Notes: generated from the letters alone by a model not told the origin. A stretch of DNA of 63,778 nt, filler included, from Reticulomyxa filosa (GCA_000512085.1; 22 parts of 22 records of this genome joined end to end with filler, not necessarily neighbours in it); one strand, 5' to 3'. Shown: positions 12,257 to 25,728, counted from the whole stretch's first letter. Program-made: numbers and translations.

Positions 12257-15200
12257 CAATTCATATATTATTATTTCTTTGTGGATATGTAATGTTTTTG
12301 GAACCGTTTTCATAGATAAGGATATATGCACTTTATATAAATATAAATATCACAGCTCCAGATTTTGAATGGCCTGCATTCATTATACCCGAAAGTTTGT
12401 CTGTTTTTATATTTTGTTGTTTATACAAATCGACACCATTTGTATTTTATCGATATACATAGCAGAAGTCCCATCAACAAAAAAAAAGAAATTGAAAAAA
12501 GTTTAACAGTAAATACATAAAAATACAATTACATAAACATACATTGAATAATTTATTTTTTTCATATCGTGTTTATCCTTTTTTTTCCATAGAAACAATC
12601 CATATCCCCAATTGGTGCAATATAAAGAGCACAAGATGCAAAGCAGCACCTGTCTATGTCCATCCACCAAAAAGGATCGATCGACGTCCCATAATCAATA
12701 AATGTACTATATTTTATATTCTGTTAATACGTATTTAATTTTATTTATTTGATTACTTGCTTGTGTAATAATAGTACAAACTCCAAAACATACGCTCCAT
12801 GATTATCCAATTACAAATCGTGTTGAGTATAGTAGCAAAATCAAGATTCATCATGGAATTACTATTATTATCGCTTTGCTGTTATCAATAATAGCAGCTT
12901 TGTTCCTGTTTTCAAATAATATCGTTTGGTGTACCACAATCACGACGAACTTCAAATGGATATCACAATTATATCAATCAAATATTATACGAGTATATTG
13001 TTCATTAGTCACAACAGGATGGCCACTTGTAATTGAAAGTTCATTTATCATGCATCATTGGACTTGCTTTATTGATATAATGAATAACTTGTTTCCATTC
13101 TTCTTTTTTTCTCTTTTCATTTCATCTAGACTTAAAAAAATTCTTTTTTAATACTATTATTTTTTTTTTTGTTCCCAATTGTGTGATTTTTTTTTTCATA
13201 TACACACAATAACATACTTCTTTTTCATTTGGACTTTGATTATTTTTTTCCATCGTGTCAGTTTTGTTTTTTTTTGCAATGGTATTTCTAATGTGGAGAA
13301 TATGAATGATATGAAATAAATGTTGTGGTCTATTTGTTGCGATCAGCAGTTGTATCGAATCATGAAGAATAAGTATTACCATATAAATGACAATTGAAAA
13401 TGTGCGTATATTTGATTGCATTACAGTATTTATAATTGTTAAACATTTATCATTTAATTACAATGACCAAACATACTCGCATGCGATCCAAATATCATAT
13501 CGCTGTTGTGAGTCAAATAATTATCATTCAAAATCCAACGAATATCTATTACATTGCTAGTGACAGTTTATTGTACAAATATCAAGACGAAGAAACACAA
13601 AAATCAAGCAAATAACAGAAAGTATTGATAACAAATGGAGAATAAAGTATTTAAAAAAAAAAAAGTGGAAAAATAATATTGTGTGAACTCGGTGGACATA
13701 TGTCAAGTCCACGTGGAAATCCCACAAAAAAAAATGACAAGTCAACTGCTTACCTTTGGCCCAATGGAGACACCATACCAAAAAGCGACAGGAGGTCAAT
13801 CTTCCTTTTTTTTTGGTCCCAACTTTCAATAACAATGAAAGTAAAAAAAAAGAAGTTGGCCCAGTGGAGACACCACAACAAAATTGAAGGAGGCCTAGTA
13901 CTGCATTCGACCTAAAAATGCGAGTAAGCCAATAGTCTTTTTCCATGTTCTTTTTTTGGCCTATGAGATCTTAAGTGAAATAAACTTTGGACATCGATAT
14001 AGTCCACTCATATGCGATATGGCATAACAAAACTACTTTGTCTCCATTCTTGAATGCCACCAACTTTAATACAATGATATACTTTCTGCGATTTGTCTTT
14101 CTTTTTTGATAGTTTCTTCATATGATATTGCGACAATCGATTTCTTATCCAATGTTGAATGTGCATATGAATACATGCTCCATATTAATTTGTTATTGAA
14201 CATTGATCACAAATGCCTTAATGTACGTCCATCATAATTGCAAGCATGATGCAGGAGTCTATAATCAAAAAATCTAGTGACCATCGAAATTAAATTATCA
14301 TATGTTACAAGTGCAATTGCATATGCGGTAGTATTTGAAGATATCCGTAAATTTATCAAATAAAAGTATCTTTAACTGTTCTATGGACATTGTAGACTCC
14401 TCTATTGTATGTGCTACCGAATATAAATATTAAAACTTCAATGGATTTGCAGTTGTAGTTTGGGCAAATTAATTGCAAATTCATAGTCCAACTGCTGAGT
14501 TGTTAATTCGAAGAGGAATTATTATTACCATTATGACATCTTACGTTCATCATGATAGACAGTATTCGAACACAAGATTCCAAGCTTCTACTAATTCCAC
14601 GTATAAATGCAACAATTCATTCCATTTCATTTGTCTTTCCACCTCTGCAATGCCATTTAAAGCTACACGTGTTGTCTTTTGCATATCTTTGGTCTATTAA
14701 GCTTTGGGGGGTTTATTTTTTAATACTTCAAAGTCCCTTTTTTTCTAAAAAGTCGCAATGTTTCAATCAGTACCTCTTTGCAACAAAAAATTTTTCAAAG
14801 AAAGCTCCATTGATAATACTAGAAAATAAGTTAATAAATGCATCATCTTTTTTTTAAGAAAACGTATAAAGAAAAAGAAAATACTAAAACATAGGCAGTT
14901 CATTTCTTGTAAAAACAACACTCAACGAAAAATACAATTTTTAAGTCACATGACATTATTTTTCACCGCAACATAGAAATTTGTTTTAAGAGAAAACGTC
15001 AGCAACTTCCACAGAGATCGGAAAAAACAATATTTCATCAAATTTTTTGAGTAATGATCCTGTTTTAGATTTGTCAGTTGCTACCTTCTACACCAAAAAA
15101 AAGTACACATCAATTTGAATAAAAGCAGCACATTATCATACTAAAAGAACAAACCACGTGAGATTTCAATCGTAAATGTCGATCAAAAAAATGTGGAGAT

Positions 15201-16276
15201 AAAAAACACTGGAAAAGAAAAAAGAGTCCAGCCATAGAAAAGAAAAAGTTATTTAATGTTGGATCTTTCCTATCTCTAAATAGGCAAAGAATATCATATA
15301 CATGACCAACTATTCCAACGACACAAGCATTTTGAAGCCAAAAGCGATAAGCTCCTGTGGGGAAATGCTTGTAATCACCTGGAGACTGTACACGTTAGTT
15401 GCAAGCCAAGCACCCATCACCGGAGCAAAGAGAGTTGGTGAAGTCACCCGAGGTGGTACTGTGTCAGACATTGTGACCACACTGACGTTCAAANNNNNNN
15501 NNNNNNNNNNNNNNNNNNNNNNNNNNNNNNNNNNNNNTTAATTAATTAANNNNNNNNNNNNNNNNNNNNNNNNNNNNNNNNNNNNNNNNNNNNTTTAACT
15601 TATCAGACTTATGTTTGATAGATATGCCAATCTTTGATTTTGTCATGAGAAAAACAATAATAAAAGTTTTTTTATTGTTTATTCTGCATTTGCACAATAC
15701 AAATAAAAATCGTATTGTCTTATTCATAGTTCATTTCAATTACAAATTTAACAAACGCAATTTCAATAATAATAACTCGTTTTCAAAGATTTAAAAGGTG
15801 AAAAGAGAACAAGTAATTGCATTAATACAGAACATCCAACAATTCAAAAGAGGTAATTGATTTGCAAAAAAGACCAAATGATCGGATTGAACAATGAAAT
15901 ATTACAATTATCATTCATGTTTATAAATTTAGACAATACTAAAACCATTTTAGGAAATTAAAACACAAATATTCGATAACTTAAATTTCAAATTATTACA
16001 CAAATTGAAAAGAAAAAGAGTAAAGTACACTATGTTTAAATATGATAAAACTTGTTAACACATGACTTCATTTCTCGTTTTCCCAAGTCTAAAAAATGGA
16101 ATGAATGTTTTTATTGATGAGTAAATAAATGAAGGAGATTATTTTTACTTGGAGAATATACCACTTTAACTATTAATATGATAGGTATGAAAAAAAGATA
16201 TTATCATGATTGGAACAATCAAGTATTTTGTCATTTTTATGCAGAATATCTTCAACTACAAAACAAAAGAAATTTA

Positions 16277-17630
16277 CATTAGAATTGAAAATAAAGTTGA
16301 CACATAAAACAGCACATTATATATAATCAATTTTCTTCATGAAAAAACAACATCAAAACATAATTTTTTTTAAATATCTACAAATATTGTAGTTTTTAAA
16401 TAATTGTTTAAAAAATTGAAAATTTTCAAGAAAAAGTTGACAATAGTGACTTTGTCGTAAACATGAAATTTGCCAAGTTTTTTTAAAGCATTTTCAGAAA
16501 GTGCTAAATGCGTACATATTTTTTTAAAAAATAGTCTTCTACATTGTGTAGTTTTTGAAAAAACTTAATTTTTTGTTATCAAAAAATTTTTTTTTTGCAG
16601 AATTTAATGTTATTTTCAAAGTTTATGCATTGTAAAAGCATGATTGTTTTTAACTAATCTTTGCTTGCCTACATTTATTATTGGTTTTGGCCTTTTTTTG
16701 TCCAATTTCAAACAAGTTAATTCAAAATAATAAAAACTGAAATTTTTTTTTGTAGTAAGATTTTTTTAAATGAAAATTATAATTTAGTTAAATCACCTTT
16801 TGCATTGTATAATGCTTGTATTCTATCTGGCATTGATTTTATTAAATTTGTTCATGTTTCTTTGTCAATTTTTTACAATTATAATTCAAATTATTTCCAA
16901 TGTTCTTCTTTTGATATGAATGTTCTATTTTTGTTTTTACTGTCTAAATCATATTTTCGATTTTTTTAATGTATGTAGAATTTGGAGTGAAATTTAATAC
17001 TTTGATAACATTTTGTTTAAACTATTCTTTTACTGTAGTTTCTGGCTGGTGGTATTATATTTCTGAAATATAAAATCTTTATTATCTTATAAACAATAAT
17101 CAATGCTTTTGAGAATTTCATCACATAGAATTTCTTTTTAAATACTGCATTGACATCATATCAATTTTAAATGAATAATCATACAATAACAATACAATAA
17201 CAATATGTTAAATTCATTTTTATAGTTTTAACGAACGTAATTTTCTTGGTTTCTTCTTGATAAGTTTTTCAATCTTGAACATCATCTTCCATTTACACAC
17301 ATTCATGACTTACACTAAATTTTTTTGCAACTTTGCACAAACTCCAGCTTGACTCAACAGCACGTTATTTATTAAAATTCTCAACTACTTTAGCTGTTTT
17401 TAAAAAAGTGATTAAAAAATTCAAATATTGAACTATACTGAGCTAAAAAAAAATAAAAATAAAGTATAAAATATTGAAATAATTATGATATATTAATAAA
17501 AACTAAATGATATTCAAAAACTACAAGATTTATAGAATTACATTAAGTCTAGATGTTGTCTTTTCATGAAAAAAATCAACTATCTATATAATGTGCGTTT
17601 TATGTGCCAACTTTATTTTGTATTCTACTA
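16277..17630 (-). mobile_element. Decayed, internally deleted Tc1-like DNA transposon with ~120-bp TIRs and TA target duplication
   Basis: TIRs ~16277-16400 and ~17513-17630 are inverted copies, with TA at 16275-16276 and 17631-17632. Minus-strand remnant NLIKSMPDRIQALYNAKGDLTK (~16780-16850) matches the Tc1 transposase C-terminus; HTH-like remnant SLCKVAKKFSVSHECV near 17300-17345. Confidence 0.8.
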
Positions 17631-17772
17631 TAGNNNNNNNNNNNNNNNNNNNNNNNNNNNNNNNNNNNNNNNNNNNNTTAATTAATTAANNNNNNNNNNN
17701 NNNNNNNNNNNNNNNNNNNNNNNNNNNNNNNNNACGTGTCCTTTTTTTTTTGACATTCGTGCATCTTTTTTT

Positions 17773-18774
17773 TTAATATTTTGTTGGCCAACCTTTTTGT
17801 TTTATGACCTGCTTGCATCTGTTCGGCATTGACTGCACAAGATCTTGCAAGTATCTAATACTTAGTAATGCCCACTCCTCTTTGATAGCTTGAAAGAGCT
17901 CATTTTCGTCCTTTGGATTTTTTTGAGCCACGTTTCGCTTGAGGTAAGCCCATATGTTTTCAATTGGATTCAGATCCGGGGACATTGCAGGCCATTCGAT
18001 GACGTTAAAGTGCCTGCTAAGATATCTAGTGGTTGAAGTACTTTTATGAACCGGAGCGTTATCTTGTTGAAAGATCCAATCAGTGTTCATAAATAATGTA
18101 TCTGCACTTTCGGGCATGCATTTTTTGATTACCTCATTTTCGTATTGAGCCGAGGTTAGCTCTCCTTCTATTCTATATAATTCACCAACTCCATTTGCGC
18201 AAAAGCAGCCCCAAACTGAAACTTTTTTGGAGTTGTGCGGGACTTCCATTATATTTTCAGGTGCATATCTATCATTTTTTTCACGCCAAACCCTCTGGTG
18301 GCCTCTCCAATCAGTGCAGAAGGTAGATTCGTCCGAGAACAGCACCTTACTCCACATTTCCGGGCTCCAATCTTTATGCTCTTTAGCCCATTTCACTCTT
18401 TTTTTCATCTGATCTTTTTTGATCAATACCTTCTTCGCTGCAATTCTAGAGCGAATGCCTTTTGCGCGTAATCTTCTGATTAATGTCGTCGTCGATATTT
18501 GTGGTGCAGCTGCTCGACGAATTGCATTGGCGGACGAGAATCTTAATCGTCTTGCCGTTCGTACGATCCTTCGATCTTCTCTATTAGTTGTCTTTTTTGG
18601 TCGACCGCTTCCGACCTTTCTCTCATGCGTTCCACGCGATTCTATTCGCTGTAACGCATACGAAATAGTTGCTTTGCATCTAGACATCCTCCGTGCAATC
18701 TCTGCAATACTCAACCCACACTCCTTGTATGCAACAATCTTTCCTAATTCAAATGGAGTTAGATGTTTGCCCAT
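17773..18774 (-). CDS. Intact Tc1-like (IS630-Tc1-mariner) transposase, 333 aa, DD33E
   Basis: N-terminal paired-like HTH (SIAEIARRMSRCKATI), GRPKK linker, VLFSDEST (D1), VWGCF, FQQDNAPVH (D2), WPAMSPDLNPIENIW (E), C-terminal SMPNRC..GWPTKY. Intronless. Confidence 0.97.
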   Translation of the reverse strand: MGKHLTPFELGKIVAYKECGLSIAEIARRMSRCKATISYALQRIESRGTHERKVGSGRPKKTTNREDRRIVRTARRLRFSSANAIRRAAAPQISTTTLIRRLRAKGIRSRIAAKKVLIKKDQMKKRVKWAKEHKDWSPEMWSKVLFSDESTFCTDWRGHQRVWREKNDRYAPENIMEVPHNSKKVSVWGCFCANGVGELYRIEGELTSAQYENEVIKKCMPESADTLFMNTDWIFQQDNAPVHKSTSTTRYLSRHFNVIEWPAMSPDLNPIENIWAYLKRNVAQKNPKDENELFQAIKEEWALLSIRYLQDLVQSMPNRCKQVIKQKGWPTKY

Positions 18775-19199
18775 TGTCTATACAATCAACAGACTCCATG
18801 CTTATCACTCCAAACTTTTAATAGTCAATAAAACGAATCTGTAAACAAACAGATCATTATCGAACAGCATTTACCTCAGATTGCGAAGAAATTAGCAAAT
18901 TGCTTTGTGAAAATCGTTAGTGTTGTTGCAAGAAATTAGATTTTTTTTTTTTGTTGGTCCCACTCGAAGTCGTATGCATGAAGAAATTGTTACAATCAAG
19001 AAAATCAGTATAATTTTGATATTTGCATTATTTTTCTTGGCACGGATTGATTGAGCTATGAAATGCATTGAATAGACCCAAAACACTAACAATTGTTGCN
19101 NNNNNNNNNNNNNNNNNNNNNNNNNNNNNNNNNNNNNNNNNNNTTAATTAATTAANNNNNNNNNNNNNNNNNNNNNNNNNNNNNNNNNNNNNNNNNNNN

Positions 19200-19499
19200 C
19201 AACAAATTCAAGTGTTCAATGGACATAGAAGTGTTGTATGGTCTGCTGAATATTCACCATTTGTAATAAAAAATAGTAGTGATAATTCAAATGTGATATG
19301 TTCTGGCTCATTTGATAGTACAATTCGTTTTTGGGATATTCGATCAAACAAAAATGAACTGTATGTGATGAAATTAGATGAAGTGATATCATGTCTTAAA
19401 TTTATTGTATTGAAAAAGAAAGAGAAGGCAAATGATATTGCATATGATTTGAATTTGTGTTATGGTTTAGGCCAAGGTCACATTAGTATTTGGGGATAA
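19200..19499 (+). CDS. C-terminal part of a WD40-repeat protein (lineage-expanded family)
   Basis: QQIQVFNGH..VWSAEYSPF..VICSGSFDSTIRFWDIR..ISIWG*; GH…WD repeat motifs. Confidence 0.85.
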   Translation, partial: QQIQVFNGHRSVVWSAEYSPFVIKNSSDNSNVICSGSFDSTIRFWDIRSNKNELYVMKLDEVISCLKFIVLKKKEKANDIAYDLNLCYGLGQGHISIWG

Positions 19500-22471
19500 T
19501 TTACTTTTTGTCCAGTAAGAAATGAAAGTATTTTTTCTTTGAAAGATTTGATTAAAAGGAAAATAATGTGATATTAAACTTATTTGATTTGATTGAATGC
19601 AAGCATTGAAAGACTTGTCCTATCTTACTTGTTTAAAAAATTGAAAAACTGCGTTCAATGTTTTTCAAGAAACTCAAAAGCATAATAAATGAAAATTGTT
19701 TTTTGTATAGTATCGAACACTTAAGATAAGATAAGTGAAAAGGACAGCAAGATACATTATCAAAAACAACATTTTCTACTGAAGCAAGATATGAATACAA
19801 AAAATGTAATTAGATAAAGAGATTCTTCAATATCTAAGTATTAGTTTATCTTAAGATACCGCTCTCTATGATGTAGCTGTGTGCAAAGCAAATATATACT
19901 TTCTGATATCATACCTTAATACTTTTATATCACTTGGCATATAAAATAACAAAAACATTATTTTGACAATAATTTGAGAAACAAGTTCAATCTGGTGAGA
20001 AATTGATGATTCTTGATATAATTACATGTAATATATGATCGATTGTTACAAAAAGAGGAGATTTCAGATAGGTTTTCATTTAATGATGTTTGGAAAACAA
20101 ATGAGATCAAGAAAATATTAAATTATCCACAGAAATAAGAAAAATTTATTTCAATAGATGAAATAACATGCACAACGATTATAAAAGCAAACAAAGTGCA
20201 TGAAATTAAGTTCCAAAAATTATGTTTAAACAATAATATTAATTTGAAAGACCAAAGAAACGATGTCATTGAAAATCTTTGAAAATAAAGACGTTGAAAA
20301 AATATTATTCTAAAAATCAGATTACATTCATTCAAATAGTGATCAAACAAATTAAATCAGAATGAAAAAGAAATTTCAAGATTAAAATAAACCTTGTGTG
20401 TTCGAACTTTAAAGATAAAATTAGTATTGATTGATGATTTTGTTTTTGGTTTATTTTATATCATAAAATTTAATAATTTTTTCTTAATTATTTTCAAATT
20501 ATATACCGTCAAAACAAATAACATATTATCAGTCTTTATTTCCGCTTTTGAAAAACAAATTTAAAAACTTTAAAAAAGTCTTCAAATACGTAATATGAAT
20601 GAAATTATTATTTTTGAAAAAAACTTTGTTTTCAATGAACGGATAATTTTCCAGTTCAAAAACAAATCCAAACTTACAAAAGTCAATCATTATTACTGTT
20701 TGTATTTGCAAGAGGGAATTAGAAAATTCTTATATTAATACTTTTTTATCTGAAGATTCAATAGTCTGCTCTGCTTAATGTGTTTCTTTCCTCTTCTAAG
20801 AAACAAGTCCTCGTTAATAGTAGAAACAACGAAAAAAAGTCAAAAACAAAGAGCTTTTAATGACTACGTCTAAGCGATAAAAAGTGTACAATTTTGTTGA
20901 AAATAACAATATAAATTCACAAATTAATTTTTTAATTCAAAAGAAAGGAAGGCAGCTTGATTGTATTAAGTAATAATCCATTGATTGTTTTATTCAGAAC
21001 AATACTAGTTCAATACTCAAATACGTGTCAAAAATAAACAGATGAGATATAAAAAACAAGGAACGATAAAAAAACCTCATTCTTTTCGCAGAATCTACAT
21101 AAAATTGACAATTTTCTTCAAAAAAACCTTTTTATGAAGATAATATGATGTTTCCGAAAATAAAAAGGATGGATTTTCTATCTTCTTTTAGATCAAAACA
21201 TAGTTTTTTTTGAAAAATTGAAAATGTAAGGTTATTAAAATTATGCAAATTGATCTTTGCACAATTCATTTAAGAGATTTGATAATCTGTTTGTTTGTAA
21301 AAACGAAATTATGTCATATGTTTACTATGTAATACATTTATCAATTTATTTGAGAGTTCAACAATGAAGTTAATATATAATATGTTAAACTTAAAAACAG
21401 TCATGAAGAATTTTTTTTTTAGGAAAAAAAACATAATTGGCAGACGCACTCTTTAGAAAAATTTTTAAAAATTTCTATTTATTAAATCTATAAATAAAAC
21501 ATTGTAATACACCTTGAATGCTTATTGTAAATACAAAAATTAGTTTCTTTCACACGTTTTGACTGACAAAAAAAAGAAACATAACAGGACATTTTCTTTA
21601 CTGAATCACATTTTAAAGGAAAAAGGTTCATGAGAGGCCGGGGATTATGAAAAGTAAAAGTCTTTTGTGTTTTTGGATTAAAATGTCAACATTTTATACT
21701 TTTGAGAGATTGGATGAACAACGAGTCTGGAAATGATTTGTAAACTATTAATGGGGATTTTGAAATGGATTTCCAAAAAAAATAATAATTTATATTCAAA
21801 TTGCCCATTTTCTATAATTTTGAAACTAGAAATTAAAATAAAAAAATTCTGTTGGACCCCAAAAAAAATTGAAAAGAATCTTTTTCATCATCTTTGCATC
21901 ATCAAGGAAAAAAAAATGGAAAGATACTTTAGCTTAGCAATGAAAGTTTCGTTTAAGTTGTTTTTTACTTTTTTCTTATTATTTTTCTCATTTTTCTCAT
22001 TTTGCTTTATGATTAAAACAGTCAAAAGNNNNNNNNNNNNNNNNNNNNNNNNNNNNNNNNNNNNNNNNNNNNTTAATTAATTAANNNNNNNNNNNNNNNN
22101 NNNNNNNNNNNNNNNNNNNNNNNNNNNNAAAGTACTTGTGATCCTCTAAAAAAAAAGCAAACATAATAATAAGTGTGGAAACGTGAGTATGAAAAAGAAG
22201 AAGCTCTTATTCAATTAGTTTGTACAAACAAAAAAGGTCTTTTTGCAAAAAAAAAAAGGATCCACTAGAGCGCTCATACTTTAAAGACTTTCTGCTTTTA
22301 GAATTATAACATTTACCTTCAACTTCCAATAATAAAAAAACTATTCTTTTAATTGTTTCTTTTTTTATTAGCATTAAAAAAAATTATGCCAAGTTGCTCG
22401 TAATTCCTGACATGTTGTGAAAAAGTGGCATATTTAAGACAGCAAAAATAATTCAAGAATCGCATGTTAAC

Positions 22472-22690
22472 ATGTTTAATGCAACAGAAGTGAATGTAAA
22501 ACATTCCGCAACAAAGCAGAACACCGAAGGGCATCGTGAAGAGGTTGCGCCTCCACTGTCATTTGGTACACAAGAAAGCAACGTGAGAGTGATCGTACGA
22601 GTAAGGCCACTGGTAACTCGTGAATTGGGACTTAATTCTCAATTTTGCATCGATTTTAAAGATAAGACTTCTGTTGTTGCTCATGTTTAG
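22472..22690 (+). pseudogene. Kinesin motor-domain N-terminal fragment (first exon or relic)
   Basis: ESNVRVIVRVRPL..RE is the canonical kinesin beta-1 motif. It is followed by a likely donor GTTTAG, but I could find no P-loop (GxTGSGKT) or switch exons in the remaining 2.9 kb of the contig. Confidence 0.7.
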
Positions 22691-24701
22691 TGTTTCTCTG
22701 CTATTTCTTGGAGCTTTAATTACTTTTCAAGATGAATCTAGATGGGCTTGAATTTTTTCTTACCTTTTCTGGTGTTACTTTTCGATTATATCAACTTCCG
22801 TTTCTAATTACAATCGATTTGAAAGACAAATGTTTGGTCTTTATCTTTTTTGAACGAGTTATTGTGTTGCCATTCAAAAATGATTTTTTAAATTTATCAT
22901 AAAGAAACACAAAAAAAATTATTGTTTGTGTCGTATTAGCTGTTGCAAACCTATTGAGTTGAGTGCATATTCTTTTATTTTTTGTTTCAAACTCCAATCA
23001 AATGCACATGCATGTGAAAAAAAATATAAAGATTGACAACGATAATGTTGAACTACTTTGCTGGTGCTTTGAAGCAAAAAAAAAAATTGTTACTTTGGTA
23101 GTGAGCATATGAGAGTAATGTGGCAACGCAGCACCAGAAGCAAAGTGGTCCAAATGAGCCATTGAAAAAAAAATAATGTAAAATTAAAAGAACGGAAATC
23201 TTTTCTAACTATTCGACGTGACACAACGACGTGTTGTACCTTTTTTCCTTTCACCAAACTCACAAAGGATATTCTGGTCCAATCGTTCCTTCAAGTTCAT
23301 GCTATATAAAAAGAACGAGTTGCTCTTGCCAAACGCACCATGTTGTAGCGAGCAAGTTAGGCATTGAACAGGAGTTATATGCATTATCATTTTTTATAAC
23401 GAGCCTCTTTCACTAAGTCTATTAAAAACTTAATAATTCCAAAAAGGGACTACAATATTCATTGCTCTGATTTCGTTCAATCACAACATCAATATCCACA
23501 GTTGATACATTGTTTTCAATAGCATTCTTTTTATTTTTTTTGTTTGCGTTCTTTTTTTTTGAACCAATGTCACAGTCAATTTTCTGGTGTTTCTTTTCAG
23601 TTTCGTCAACACCATCACTGCTGCTTTTCTCTGTGAACTCGGGTGATATATACATGCTTCTCAGTATCCATGCGCATCATTCATCACAGTTTTTTTTTGG
23701 AAAATTACTGCTTTCCAGTTTTATTTTTTTTTCCGAAGCAATACGAGTCATGTTGCACAGTTCATAGTGCTACTTTTATAAATAAGAAATTCCATTCGAT
23801 CAATGAATTGGCCCACAATAGAAGAGAAATTAGATTTTCATTAATATCATCAATTAATGTTCAAATTGTTTCGAAATCTTAATTGAAACTGTATGACGTG
23901 TATTGGAACTCCATTTTGATCACGTTTTGATAATCTCGTTGTGTCCACTAGTCGATACTCCTATGACTTCACGTGGTTTCGGTTATCAATCGCGAAGACA
24001 GCTTTTCAGCTAAGTGTGGCCACATCCATTAATTCAATGGCTTCCATTATAACTGCCACGTTCGATATATGCGAGTACGCACAATCTTGCCAACGGTTTC
24101 TATTTGCCGTCGAGTAGGTGCATTGGTGGATCCATCCAAACTTGGAGCATGTATTTTTTTTTTAAAAAAAAAAGATATGCACTTGATCTGGATACTTCCC
24201 GTACTTTCCATAATCGACTTAGTCGTTGGAGAACGTAAGGTTGGACTCTTACGTGGTGTATGATCACTTACTTGCCACACACACATACGCACTGACGGCA
24301 GACGATGAATCTGTGCCAATGTATACTTTATTTGCAGACGTGCACACGTCACAAAATATAAACGCATGGAGCTCAAAGTAAACGCTCCAAAATTCGATGC
24401 TTTTGCAATAGTGCGGCTTAGTGCATGTACACTTGGCATTCCATTCCATTTCTCCCCAACAATATACTGCAGTCGGAGTTGGAGATGGAGTTGGAGTGGA
24501 GTTGGAGTGGAGTCGGAGGAAGAGTTGCCGACACGTCATTGCTGCAGTTGGTGATCGCACATCCACCATAATAATCAATATCTACTCCAAAGCACTCTGC
24601 GAGACAGTAATGTTGGAATTGCAGAATACGCACACCAAATTCAGATTGGAGCCAGCTATATACATTTTTCAATAAATCTCAAAAAAAAAAAGTATTGGAG
24701 C

Positions 24702-25214
24702 ATGAGCCTCCGTGCTCGTCTTGATGATACAATGATGATCTTCCGCCACGACAGAGGTCAAATCACATATCATACTGTTCGCCCGACCAATGGGACTTAG
24801 CGTTAGAAGTTTGGTTGTTGGATCGATGGGCGCAATCGACTGATTGGTGGTGTTGACTTTGGAGAGAATGTTTGTGTGGATGTCGATGTTGCTGGCATTG
24901 TTGATGGGAACATCATTGACATTGAAGCCGGCACTGTGAATAGTAGCAATGTCGGGCTGACAGTATCATTTGCATTGCGTCCAAGCATTGCGAGAGATTT
25001 ACGTCAAATGCATACAGTTGGTACTGGATTATGTCTGCACGAATACAAGACAGCAAATTTAAACATTGATGCACGTACCGTTGTCGCAACAATGAATCGC
25101 TTAGTTGTGACATCTTCCATAAGCGCTTCAGCACTTATACTTACACGGCCAGTGACAACATTCAATAACTTCTTTACTTCCAACTATAGATTAAACAAAA
25201 CATCATTTCATTAA
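24702..25214 (+). pseudogene. Intronless ~170-codon beta-rich reading frame interrupted by two in-frame TAG codons
   Basis: ATG 24702 is in frame with ORF 24876..25214; TAG at 24798-24800 and 24804-24806. Confidence 0.4.
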
Positions 25215-25728
25215 TAAAAATACTTTCATTCATTCGTTAATTATATAACATCAAATGTCATTTCTTCAACATACAAATAACAATCATTTCATTTGACCAC
25301 ATATGACACGTTTGCTACCACAACATCAAATAAAGAACTAAAACAAAGTAAAGAAGAAACTAGAGAGTGTTGGCTTAAAATGAAGACATACAGCTAAAGT
25401 TTTTAGAGTAGAGGATACACACACGATGACGGGAAACATGAAAAGTTTACATATTGCCGAAATGCGGCTAACACCTTTTTTTTTTCCAAAAAATGGAAAA
25501 AAAAACATTAAAGATTGATAGTAGCTTAGGATTAGATCCTAAGCTACCCATTCGGGACAATGTGTGAGTTTTTCTGATTTATATTGGAATTTAGATATAT
25601 ATGCATTCATCANNNNNNNNNNNNNNNNNNNNNNNNNNNNNNNNNNNNNNNNNNNNTTAATTAATTAANNNNNNNNNNNNNNNNNNNNNNNNNNNNNNNN
25701 NNNNNNNNNNNNAAAAAAAAAAAAAAAA

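Noticed and set aside
17734-19099. TIRs for the intact transposase
   Set aside because: The contig begins only 39 bp beyond the stop codon, and no convincing inverted pair or match to the MITE TIR could be seen.
19740-20450. Possible decayed coiled-coil/zinc-finger family gene
   Set aside because: Too degenerate to support a call by eye.
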